Positions 10,844 to 22,700 of a stretch of 37,210 nucleotides of DNA are shown here, one piece after another (the first letter of the stretch is position 1; every line of letters begins with the position of its first letter). The notes beneath the pieces are model-generated. The model was not told the DNA's origin. It made no database searches and worked only from the letters and a program-made list of their open reading frames with translations. Both the position numbers and the translations under genes were made by a program. Location of the stretch: contig JAUCBJ010005282.1 in NCBI GenBank assembly GCA_032718475.1, forward strand, positions 1 to 37,210, written 5' to 3'. This stretch comes from Nemertoderma westbladi (Eukaryota; Animalia; Xenacoelomorpha).

Positions 10844-12076
10844 GTAGACTTGTACTTGTATACATGTACTTGTGGATATGTACTTTTAGACATGTACTTG
10901 TAGACATGTACTTGTATACATGTACTTGTAGACATGTACTTGTAGACATGTACTTGTAGATATGTACTTGTAGACATGTACTTGTATACATGTACTTGTA
11001 GACATGTACTTACTTGTAGATATGTACTTGTAGATATGTACTTGTAGATATGTACTTGTAGACATGTACTTGTATACATGTAGCACTTGTAGACATGTAC
11101 TTGTAGATATGTACTTGTAGACATGTACTTGTAGACATGTACTTGTAGATATGTACTTGTAGACATGTACTTGTATACATGTAGCATTTGTAGACATGTA
11201 CTTGTAGATATGTACTTGTAGACATGTACTTGTAGACATCTACTTGTATACATGTGGCACTTGTAGACATGTACTTGTAGATATGTACTTGTAAACATGC
11301 ACTTGTAGACATGTACTTGTAGACCAGTACTTGTCGACATGTACTTGTAAACATGTAGCACTTGTAAACATGCACTTGTATACATGTACTTGTAGACATG
11401 TACTTGTAGACATGTACTTGTATACATGTAGCACTTGTAGACATGTACTTGTAGATATGTACTTGTAAACATGCACTTGTAGACATGTACTTGTAGACCA
11501 GTACTTGTAGACATGTACTTGTATACATGTAGCACTTGTAGACATGTACTTGTAGATATGTACTTGTAGATATGTACTTGTAGACATGTACTTGTAGACC
11601 AGTACTTGTAGACATGTACTTGTATACATGTAGCACTTGTAGACATGTACTTGTAGATATGTACTTGTAGATATGTACTTGTAGACATGTACTTGTAGAC
11701 ATCTACTTGTATACATGTGGCACTTGTAGACATGTACTTGTAGATATGTACTTGTATACATGTAGCACTTGTAGACATGTACTTGTAGATATGTACTTGT
11801 AAACATGCACTTGTAGACATGTACTTGTAGACCAGTACTTGTAGACATGTACTTGTATACATGTAGCACTTGTAGACATGTACTTGTAGATATGTACTTG
11901 TAGATATGTACTTGTAGACATGTACTTGTAGACATCTACTTGTATACATGTGGCACTTGTAGACATGTACTTGTAGATATGTACTTGTAAACATGTACTT
12001 GTAGACATGTACTTGTATACATGTAGCACTTGTAGACATGTACTTGTAGATATGTACTTGTAGACATGTACTTGTA
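10844..12076. repeat. 14-bp minisatellite ACTTGTAGACATGT with 17-bp variant ACTTGTATACATGTAGC
   Basis: Direct reading, about 85 units, intronic. Confidence 0.97.
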
Positions 12077-12597
12077 ATGAGATATGTAGTACATCTTGGC
12101 ATGATGCTACTGTGACATAGTTGAACATGTAATGTATCATCCTCTTTAGTATGGATATAATTCACCCAATTTACGTTTATTTGCTCGTTGGTCTTTTGTA
12201 TGTATTAATTTTCAATTGCAACAGGCCTATGTACGTACAATATCGTTATTAACGTTTATGGTGATGGGAATATAGCCCAGTCAAATTTTAAATTAATTCA
12301 TATTTTCCATTTCTTGGGCTCACCCATTCTCCCTTCTCTTCACTTCATTCCACATAATATCACTTTGTATGTCTGCTGTGTGAGTATTGGTGTGTGTGTG
12401 AATGTCATATGTGTGTTGGATTTCCCTCAAGCCAATCAGCATCATTATTCATACTGCCATGTGTCTTATCTTATTTTCAAAAAATATTTTTATTTTAAGG
12501 TAAGCCTAATCAGAGCGCCTTGTGTGTTGCACTACTGCCCCCCCCCCCCCCCTGCTCGCTCCTCACAACTTTTCGTTTTATTTTCGAAATTTTTTAA

Positions 12598-15500
12598 ATG
12601 AACATTTCTATTGAGCAATGGCGAGCAAGCGTGGGGACTTTTCACGGGGCTACCTCTGGATATTGTAGAAGCGAACATTTTCCTTACTTACTGCTTTTCC
12701 ATGGCCTGGCTCTTGCGTGGTTTATTGCATGTTTAACATTTATTTTATACATATCCGGGGATATTCACCCTAACCCCGGCCCCTCTCTTCCATCTATTAA
12801 AGTTATGCTGACAAATATTCGTTCACTGCTTTGTAATTGGAATTTTTTCCCAGATAATCTATCCTCAAACTTTGATATACTTGCTTTCGTCGAGACCTGG
12901 TTTTCATCTGATCAGATTTCTAATAAATTTCTGATATCTAATTTTCATGTGCCACAACGCCATGATCGCCCGTCACTTGGTGGTGGCTTAGCTTTACACA
13001 TTTCCAACAAGTTTAAAGTTAAAATTAGCACCATCGAGAACATTGACCCACTATTCGAATCATTATGGTGCTCCTGTAGTTTTGGCCGCTAAAAACTTAC
13101 TATCGGTCTATTCTATCGGCCTAGCACCACTCCTAGTAACTTGTGGGAAGTAGCTAATTCTATGGTTTCAGAAGAAAAGAGTTTAGGATTCAAGGAGATA
13201 CTTATTTTGGGAGACTTCAACCCGAACCTTTTAGATCCAACTAAATGTCGCGATATTTCCTCTCTTATTTCACGTCAGTGTTTGTTCCAGTATATTCAGG
13301 AGCCTACTCGCATAACCCAAACGACTAGCAGATCACCATCCTCCGTTATTTCCACTCTTCCGAATTTTATCTCCAACATCGATATTTCGAGTCCTTACGG
13401 CACAAGCGATCACTGCGTAATTTCTTTCTCTTATAAATTTCCTATTCACACAATACCAGCATACACTAGACGTATTTGGCTTTATAAGGTGGCGGATTTT
13501 CCAAAATTCATGCGCCTTTTGACTGAAACTAATTGGGACAGTGTCTACACGGACTACACTGAAGTTGACGACATCGCTTCGGCCTGGACAGACTGATTTT
13601 TCTTTTGTGCGAGTTCTTCAATTTCGAATAAAGTTATTACAGTACGCCCAAATTATAAGCCGTGGTATACCACTGAGTTAAGACGCCTCTCTCGCATTAA
13701 AGATACATCGGGCTGCTAAATCCACCAACAACAGCAAATCTTGGAACAATTTTCGTTTACCTAGAAATAAGTACATTCTAGAATGCCACAAAGCCAAAAA
13801 TGAGTATTTTACAAACCTGTCAGATAAATTTCTTGCAACAAGGTCTTCCAGCAAACAATGGTGGTCAATTTGCAAACAATTAATTGGAAAAGCTCAGGAA
13901 CTGGAGATTCCCTCGGTATCTCATAATAACATCGTTTCTGTGTCACCCAAGGAGAAGGCGGACCTCTTTAACTCTTTCTTTATCGATCAATACTCATTCG
14001 ACGAATCTAACTTCATTATGCCCCAAACTGCTCCTCCGGAACCTGTTTTTACCGAGATCAACTTTAGTGCATCTGAAATTCTGTGCGACATTACAACTGT
14101 AGACCCAGATGGTGCTACCTGTCCGGCCGAAGGAATTTCAAACAGAATGATAAAGGCTGGAATGCCGGTGATAATAGCTCACGTTTCCAAATTGTTTCAA
14201 TTTATCTTTGTTATTGGGTATCATCCAAAAAAATGGAAAATGCGCTGTACTGCCACTCTTGAAAAAATTTCCAAATGACATTTGTAACAACTTTAACAGT
14301 ATAAGTAACAGTATAAGTAACAACTTTCATCCAGTTGCCCTTACCAGTAACGTTGGGAAGTTATTCGAGTACTACATCCATAGAATAATCTTCACTCATG
14401 TTAAGACCTACATCTCCAAATTTCTGTCTGGTTTCAAGGGTGGCGACGGTACTATCTATCAATTGATTTCACTCTACAACGCCCTTGTTAGTGCTTTAGA
14501 CAAAGGGAAGGAGGTCCGAATAGTATTTCTAGATATATGTAAGGCTTTTGACAAAGTCCATCACAAAAGTCTGCTGCATAAATTGAAAACATGGGAATTG
14601 GGGTGAAGCTTCTGGAATGGCTCCACAACTATTTGAATGACAATTTTCAATGTGTTGTAGTGAATAGTCAGCAATCGTCTTGGGTGAAGGTCTTGGCTGG
14701 AGTCCCCCAAGGTTCTGTCTTGGGATAGAGTTATACCCTACTGTTATTGATTTCCATCTACGACATAGTGGATGTAGTTAGTGGCAACATTATCCTTTAT
14801 GCTGATGACACCGCTCTCTACATAGAGGTCAATTCCAGGTCCAACTGCATTCTTGCCGCATCTAATCTTAATGCAGACCTTACTTCAATATCCAATTGGG
14901 GCGCGAGATGGTTAGTTCAATTCAATCCCTCGAAGACTGAGAGTATGCTCTTCTCACATCGCAGGTCACGCGATCCTAATCATCTTCCTCTCTTCCTCAA
15001 TGGTATCTCGATCCCCGAAGTTGAAGAGCACCAACACTTTGGTCTTATTCTTTCATCCTTCCTAAAATGGCACTCACAGGTTGAAAAAATGCTAAAATCT
15101 GCAAATAATAAGTTACGAATTGTTAAATACAAGGTTAGCTGGGATGCACTCATGAATATTTACAAATCTTTTGTCCGCTCAAACTTGGAATACGCCAGTG
15201 CCGTTTGGGACAACTGCTCTCCGGATCTCAAAATGGAAGCTATTCGATATATAAGGAAGCTATTCGAATAGTTTACAGATTGACAATTTCTTGCCACACG
15301 AGCGAACTATATAATGAGTCTGGGCTGTGCCCACTCCAACAAAGACGTGATTTTCAGAAATTGTGTGTATTCTACAAAATGATGATGGACCGCGCTCTCA
15401 ACACTTATTGAACGTCCTTCGACCGGTTGTTAGGTCCGCTAGTGCATACAACACCCGTAACTCCACGAATGTTCGCCCTCCTATGGCCCATAGGAACTTC

Positions 15501-15960
15501 CTACCTTCTACTGTTAGATTGTGGAACTCACTTCCGATCGATTTGCGTTCTTTAGGCACAATTGAAAGTTTCAGGAATGGTGTATTTCCAGTAATATGTT
15601 TCTCGTCTCCTGTTCCCTATTATTATACCCTGGGATGACCATCAATTAACGGCCTATTGGCGCGACTCAGACGAAATTGCTCCTCACTGAATTTCGATCT
15701 TTTCTCTACCATGTTAAATTAACAAAATCAAGTTCCTGTGGTCATCAGCGAGAGGACACATTCCACTACTTTATGGAATGCTTCCATTTTCACTCCCTTC
15801 ATGTTGTCTTGCATGCAGCTATTTCAAATTTAGGACTAAGGCCAACATTGACCTTATATGGCCCTCCAACAGATGTTAATCACCCATCCTCCATAACTAT
15901 GCAGCACAAAAAGGCACTGGCTCTTTCGACCTAACTCGTATCCAACACGGGTCGTTTTAA
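12598..15960 (+). mobile_element. Decayed near-full-length ORF2 of a CR1/L2-group LINE (2A-like motif, APE, RT)
   Basis: SGDIHPNPGP motif. APE motifs NIRSL, FVETW, GGGLAL, GDFN, EPTR and SDHC. RT motifs FLDICKAFDKVHH, GVPQGSVLG, YADD and FNPSKT, then RSNLEYASAVW and TVRLWNSLP. Many stops and frameshifts. Antisense in intron 3. Confidence 0.93.
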
Positions 15961-16291
15961 TTTCCTAGGGTTTTAGTGTCATCCGACGTCGGCATGGCGA
16001 CCTAGACGCTCATTATCTTAATGATTGCACGAATAACGTACAATAAACCCAGATATTATATTTTTAATTATAACCGAACCTATATTAATTATTTTTTAAC
16101 CTAAATATTCGCACCTACAAATTTTAATTTACAACATTTGTTGCAACACACATTTTTTTACTCTACTTGGATGTAACAGTAATTTTTATATTTCTATATT
16201 CACTCTACTGATTGCTGTAATTGCTGGCTTACTTTTCGGATACCAATTTATCAACTTCCCGCTGAGCTGGATCTGCATGTATGTTTTGGTT

Positions 16292-16703
16292 TGGGTATGT
16301 TTGCGGTGTGTGTTACCTGTTTCCTTTGTATGTGGTCGTACGTGGGTATGTGTGCGTTGTGTGTTACCTCTTTCCTTTGTACAGTATGTGGTCGTACCTG
16401 GGTATCTGTGCGGTGTGTGTTACCCCTTTCCTTTGTACAGTATGTGGTCGTACCTGGGTATGTGTGCGGTGTGTGTTACCTCTTTCCTTTGTACAGTATG
16501 TGGTCGTACCTGGGTATGTGTGCGTTGTGTGTTACCTCTTTCCTTTGTATGTAGTCGTACCTGGGTATGTGTGCGTTGTGTGTTACCTCTTTCCTTTGTA
16601 TGTAGTCGTACCTGGGTATGTGTGCGTTGTGTGTTACCTCTTTCCTTTGTATGTAGTCGTACCTGGGTATGTGTGCGGTGTGTGTTACCTCTTTCCTTTG
16701 TAC
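16292..16703. repeat. 51/56-bp minisatellite, about 8 copies
   Basis: Unit CTGGGTATGTGTGCGTTGTGTGTTACCTCTTTCCTTTGTA(CAGTA)TGTRGTCGTAC. Confidence 0.95.
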
Positions 16704-17356
16704 AATTCGCCGCTTTTGGTTCAATCAAAATAGATTTTTGACATTACTTTGCTACCTGTATATAATACCAAGAAGTTTGTAGTTATCCCTCCTACTCCAC
16801 TAAAGCAATTTATATTAATGTATAAAACTTGCTTCATTTTTTTGCTTCATAAACAACGGATATTGTATTTGATATTGGATTTCCGATATTTCTGAATTCA
16901 ATTCAAATTCTGCACGAGCAAGTGTTGGCATCCTACACCCGATTGCGTCTGCTCTCTGTGTGCCAAGCAGTGCACAGACAAACATCACTTTAACAAGTGC
17001 TGCAAAGTACCACGTCTCGACTGCGAGATCCGCTATGCTCTCTACCTAAATGACCTACCTTAATTTTTAACTAATATAAATCCTTTTATCCGGTTATGTG
17101 CCTTTCTTTCTTTTTTTATCTAATACTAATACATCGTTCTCTACTTTTACTGTAAGTGCAACTAAAATTATATTCTTTAATTCTTCATAATTTTTCCATG
17201 TGGAAAATATACGCCCCATTTGATTCATTTCGGATATTTCTTTATGTTGGCAATACTTCTGTATATGTGCAATGCTGTGCCTCAATTAGCTCCATATTAA
17301 TTAGCCCTACCCGAATTCCCGCTATGTTTAGCTGTTAAATAAAATATGATACAAAC

Positions 17357-17596
17357 TTGTCAAAAAAGTTTTGGATGACTCCTCCAACTTCTTCCGGATA
17401 CCACATGGGGTCCTCGAACGCATCCAAACAGGTGTTGCATTTCTGACCGTAGAGCTTGTAGTAAACTTTGGCGTTCGACTCATTCCTATTTAGCCAGTAC
17501 CACATTTTTATACACCCTTTCATTGAAGTCCAAGAGTTGCCGCATTGTGAGCAGGTAAATCTAACCTTCGCGTAGTCCACAAAATATTTCATTGGG
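17357..17596 (-). CDS. Exon 3 of RTP-like zf-3CxxC protein (domain core)
   Basis: AKVRFTCSQCGNSWTSMKG...KLYGQKCNTC...MWYPEEV matches the F.CxxC...W.S...GQ.CxxC pattern. Acceptor ttttgattttAG at 17598-17597. Donor AA|GTTTGT. Phase 2/2. Confidence 0.92.
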
Positions 17597-18717
17597 CTAA
17601 AATCAAAATAATTCCAACATTTTGATATAAATTATTTGATATGTAGTTAAGGTCAAGATAGTATTATTAATCAGTCAGTTCAGTAATATTAATTAATTGT
17701 TAATTAATTAATAATAACATATAGTGAATTTTATTGATAAAACATTGTTTGGTTCACATATTTTAGGGTCATATGGATGGGATAGCATTAGGCGGAATCT
17801 TGTGGCGATCTTATTGTTACATTACGCGCGATTATTATAAATAACATCTACAAAGATTTCCGTCGGCTCTTGGAGTCATACAATACGGCATACATCATCT
17901 TGAGACAACCACAAACAATGAATAATAATACAGTACTTACACCATTTCTCGAGACAACCTTTTAACAATTAATTATTTTTTTTGCATTTTCTATAGAGTT
18001 GGATCATCCTAAGTAAGTCCTGTTTAAATTACCTAATAATTTATACTATCTATGGATGTTATTAAAAACATATAAACAATTAATAATAATACTTGTAAAG
18101 GTAATGAATGATTAGTTGGCCGACTCGCCGACACACTATCAACAGGAACCTACCTAGGAACCAACAGGGCGAGTCTCATGAATAGATGGATATAATCAAA
18201 TAGAATTAATTATTGGATGTCTGCAATGACATATTTTTTTATTTATGTCTATGTCAAACTCTTGGCATTGAATGGACACAAAAGATTATAGTCAATTACA
18301 ATGGAAAGTCAACTAAACTAATCTCAAATAATATAGTATAGGTAATAAGATATTATTATATTATATATGTAATAAAGACTTCAATAATTTGGTTTTGTTT
18401 AGTCATATGAGAGTTGTGATTCGTGTACTGTAATCCTCTACGTCGCGCCGCCAGTGAATAGATTCAGCAGACTTCCGTCATCCGAGTTCATCAGAGTTTA
18501 TTGTCATTGAATGTCATTGTCGTTGATTAAATGTAGTTTAAGTGTGACAAGCCGACTTAGGGCGTCGCAGTGTTCCATGGCCTTACTCTAATGAGGGTGG
18601 TAGTGCAGGGGTTTTATCTCCCCGATAAGAAAATATGGTACTTATTTATTGTACAGTCGTAGCTCGTATCGCATCGTCAGGACCAAAGAAATGTAAATCA
18701 GAAAGCGCTGACTAACT

Positions 18718-18804
18718 GCAGTACTAGAAACAAACCGGTACCGTACAGAGCAGTACTAGAAACCGGTACCGTACAGAGCAGTACTAGAAACCGCTAACGT
18801 ACAG
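18718..18804. repeat. About 28-bp tandem repeat, 3 copies
   Basis: GCAGTACTAGAAACCGGTACCGTACAGA. Confidence 0.8.
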
Positions 18805-18993
18805 ACACAGAAGGTTGAAGATTAAACCAAAAATTAATAATCACCCAATAAACGTACAGTATGTTGCAATATCAACTAAATATATTATCGCACTTGGCCC
18901 CGAAATGCACTGTAGGTTGAAAATTAAACCTACAGTACAGTAATGGAATCGGGAACGTACAGTAGGTGGGAAGATTAATGGAATCGGGAACGT

Positions 18994-19750
18994 ACTACTA
19001 GGATCGGCATGCTGCATTGCAGCTGCATTTTTAAGAATGCTGTGCCGGCTTATCGACAAAATTGCACCGCCACAACTCCCTATCACCCATGATATTTGCT
19101 AGATCATCCGCATCTTCAAGGCCAGTGTCCTTTAAGATGCGTCTCAAGAAAGTCATGGGCTGTCCACCATGCTTATTCACTCCATGAGGCTGCCAAAGTA
19201 CAAGATTATGCATTGGCTGGTCCTCACGGCGAAAGCAATGTCCTGCAAAGCGGAGGCGATTTTGTTCTAGTGTCAAGCTTGGGGGAACCAATGAGACACC
19301 TCCAATGTTATATAGTGTCTGGTTGGAGATGTGTGCATTGTACTTGACACAATGAACCCGGCGTAGCATTCTTGTGAATGTGCCATCCAGAGATTTGGTG
19401 TCCTCAGCAGTTAGAGCCCAGCATAGACTCCCATAGAGGAGTACTGGAACTACTGCTGCTCTAAATAATCGGACCTTAAGTTTCCGATTAATTCTCGGTG
19501 ACTTCCAAATCCTGGAAAGCCTAAACAAGGCTGCCCATGCCTTTCCCTTACGTATTCGAAGGTCCTCACCTGACTTCCGGATCCATGATCCCAGGTAACA
19601 GAAGTCATCCACATGCTCAAGCATACCATCTTTTGAGCTTATGCTCATCCGATCAGAGACTTGCTGAGGACTTTCAAAGTTAACTGTCAAAATTTTGGTC
19701 TTTCTGGAGTTAATAAAAAGACCAACACTAGAAGCAGCATGTTCTAATTT
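18994..19750 (-). mobile_element. 5'-truncated RTE-clade LINE (family B) at the left edge of the large satellite
   Basis: GLFINSRKTK, DDFCYLGS, VLLYGSLCWAL and RLRFAGHC motifs with a short TAG tail. Same family as 6266-6593. Confidence 0.95.
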
Positions 19751-19777
19751 GAAGTTGAAATTCGGAATTTGAAGTTC

Positions 19778-22700
19778 TAAGTTGAAAGATTAATGGACTC
19801 GGAAACGTAAAGTAAGTTGGAAGACTAATGGACTCGGAAACGTAAAGTAACTTGAAAGATTAATGGACTCGAAAACGTAAAGTAAGTTGGAAGATTAATG
19901 GACTCGGAAACGTACAGTAGGTTGAAAGATTAATGGACTCGGAAACGTAAAGTAAGTTGGAAGATTAATGGACTCGGAAACGTACAGTAGGTTGGAAGAT
20001 TAATGGACTCGGAAACGTACAGTAGGTTGAAAGATTAATGGACTCGGAAACGTACAGTAGGTTGAAAGATTAATGGACTCGGAAACGTAAAGTAAGTTGA
20101 AAGAGTAATGGACTCGGAAACGTAAAGTAAGTTGGAAGATTAATGGACTCGGAAAGGTACAGTAGTTTGGAAGATTAATGGACTCGGAAAGGTACAGTAG
20201 GTTGAAAGATTAATGGACTCGGAAACGTAAAGTAAGTTGGAAGATTAATGGACTCGGAAACGTACAGTAGGTTGAAAGATTAATGGACTCGGAAACGTAA
20301 AGTAAGTTGGAAGACTAATGGACTCGGAAACGTAAAGTAACTTGAAAGATTAATGGACTCGAAAACGTAAAGTAAGTTGGAAGATTAATGGACTCGGAAA
20401 CGTACAGTAGGTTGAAAGATTAATGGACTCGGAAACGTAAAGTAAGTTGAAAGAGTAATGGACTCGGAAACGTAAAGTAAGTTGGAAGATTAATGGACTC
20501 GGAAAGGTACAGTAGTTTGGAAGATTAATGGACTCGGAAACGTAAAGTAAGTTGAAAGAGTAATGGACTCGGAAACGTAAAGTAAGTTGGAAGATTAATG
20601 GACTCGGAAAGGTACAGTAGTTTGGAAGATTAATGGACTCGGAAAGGTACAGTAGTTTGGAAGATTAATGGACTCGGAAAGGTACAGTAGGTTGAAAGAT
20701 TAATGGACTCGGAAACGTAAAGTAGGTTGAAAGATTAATGGACTCGGAAACGTAAAGTAAGTTGGAAGATTAATGGACTCGGAAACGTACAGTAGGTTGA
20801 AAGATTAATGGACTCGGAAACGTACAGTAGGTTGAAAGATTAATGGACTCGGAAACGTAAAGTAAGTTGGAAGATTAATGGACTCGGAAACGTAAAGTAA
20901 GTTGGAAGATTAATGGACTCGGAAAGGTACAGTAGTTTGGAAGATTAATGGACTCGGAAAGGTACAGTAGGTTGAAAGATTAATGGACTCGGAAACGTAA
21001 AGTAGGTTGAAAGATTAATGGACTCGGAAACGTAAAGTAAGTTGGAAGATTAATGGACTCGGAAACGTACAGTAGGTTGAAAGATTAATGGACTCGGAAA
21101 CGTACAGTAGGTTGAAAGATTAATGGACTCGGAAACGTAAAGTAAGTTGAAAGAGTAATGGACTCGGAAACGTAAAGTAAGTTGGAAGATTAATGGACTG
21201 GGAAAGGTACAGTAGTTTGGAAGATTAATGGACTCGGAAACGTACAGTAGGTTGAAAGATTAATGGACTCGGAAACGTAGAGTAGGTTGGAAGATTAATG
21301 GACTCGGAAAGGTACAGTAGGTTGAAAGATTAATGGACTCGGAAACGTAGAGTAGGTTGGAAGATTAATGGACTCGGAAACGTAGAGTAGGTTGGAAGAT
21401 TAATGGACTCGGAAAGGTACAGTAGGTTGAAAGATTAATGGACTCGGAAACGTAAAGTAGGTTGAAAGATTAATGGACTCGGAAACGTAAAGTAAGTTGG
21501 AAGATTAATGGACTCGGAAAGGTACAGTAGTTTGGAAGATTAATGGACTCGGAAAGGTACAGTAGGTTGAAAGATTAATGGACTCGGAAACGTAAAGTAA
21601 GTTGAAAGAGTAATGGACTCGGAAACGTACAGTAGGTTGAAAGATTAATGGACTCGGAAACGTAAAGTAAGTTGAAAGAGTAATGGACTCGGAAACGTAA
21701 AGTAAGTTGGAAGATTAATGGACTCGGAAAGGTACAGTAGGTTGGAAGATTAATGGACTCGGAAACGTAAAGTAACTTGAAAGATTAATGGACTCGAAAA
21801 CGTAAAGTAAGTTGGAAGATTAATGGACTCGGAAACGTAAAGTAAGTTGAAAGAGTAATGGACTCGGAAACGTAAAGTAAGTTGGAAGATTAATGGACTC
21901 GGAAAGGTACAGTAGTTTGGAAGATTAATGGACTCGGAAAGGTACAGTAGGTTGAAAGATTAATTGACTCGGAAAGGTACAGTAGTTTGGAAGATTAATG
22001 GACTCGGAAAGGTACAGTAGTTTGGAAGATTAATGGACTCGGAAAGGTACAGTAGGTTGGAAGATTAATGGACTCGGAAACGTACAGTAGGTTGGAAGAT
22101 TAATGGACTCGGAAAGGTACAGTAGGTTGGAAGATTAATGGACTCGGAAAGGTACAGTAGTTTGGAAGATTAATGGACTCGGAAAGGTACAGTAGTTTGG
22201 AAGATTAATGGACTCGGAAAGGTACAGTAGGTTGGAAGATTAATGGACTCGGAAACGTACAGTAGGTTGGAAGATTAATGGACTCGGAAACGTACAGTAG
22301 GTTGGAAGATTAATGGACTCGGAAAGGTACAGTAGTTTGGAAGATTAATGGACTCGGAAAGGTACAGTAGGTTGGAAGATTAATGGACTCGGAAACGTAC
22401 AGTAGGTTGGAAGATTAATGGACTCGGAAACGTACAGTAGGTTGGAAGATTAATGGACTCGGAAAGGTACAGTAGGTTGGAAGATTAATGGACTCGGAAA
22501 GGTAGAGTAATTTGGAAGATTAATGGACTCGGAAGCGTAGAGTAGGTTGGAAGATTAATGGACTCGGAAAGGTACAGTAGGTTGGAAGATTAATGGACTC
22601 GGAAACGTAAAGTAACTTGAAAGATTAATGGACTCGAAAACGTAAAGTAAGTTGGAAGATTAATGGACTCGGAAACGTAAAGTAAGTTGAAAGAGTAATG

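Noticed and set aside
10844-12076. Array of p53 half-sites or Pumilio elements
   Set aside because: AGACATGTAC mismatches RRRCWWGYYY and the spacing is non-canonical. TGTANATA matches are mainly on the strand opposite the transcript.
10834-12165. Long ORFs (up to 443 aa) in all three minus frames
   Set aside because: The 14-bp unit lacks stop codons on that strand and its period is not a multiple of 3. This is a repeat artefact within intron 3.
16277-16741. Overlapping Cys/Val-rich ORFs
   Set aside because: They are translations of the 51/56-bp repeat, open in several frames on both strands.
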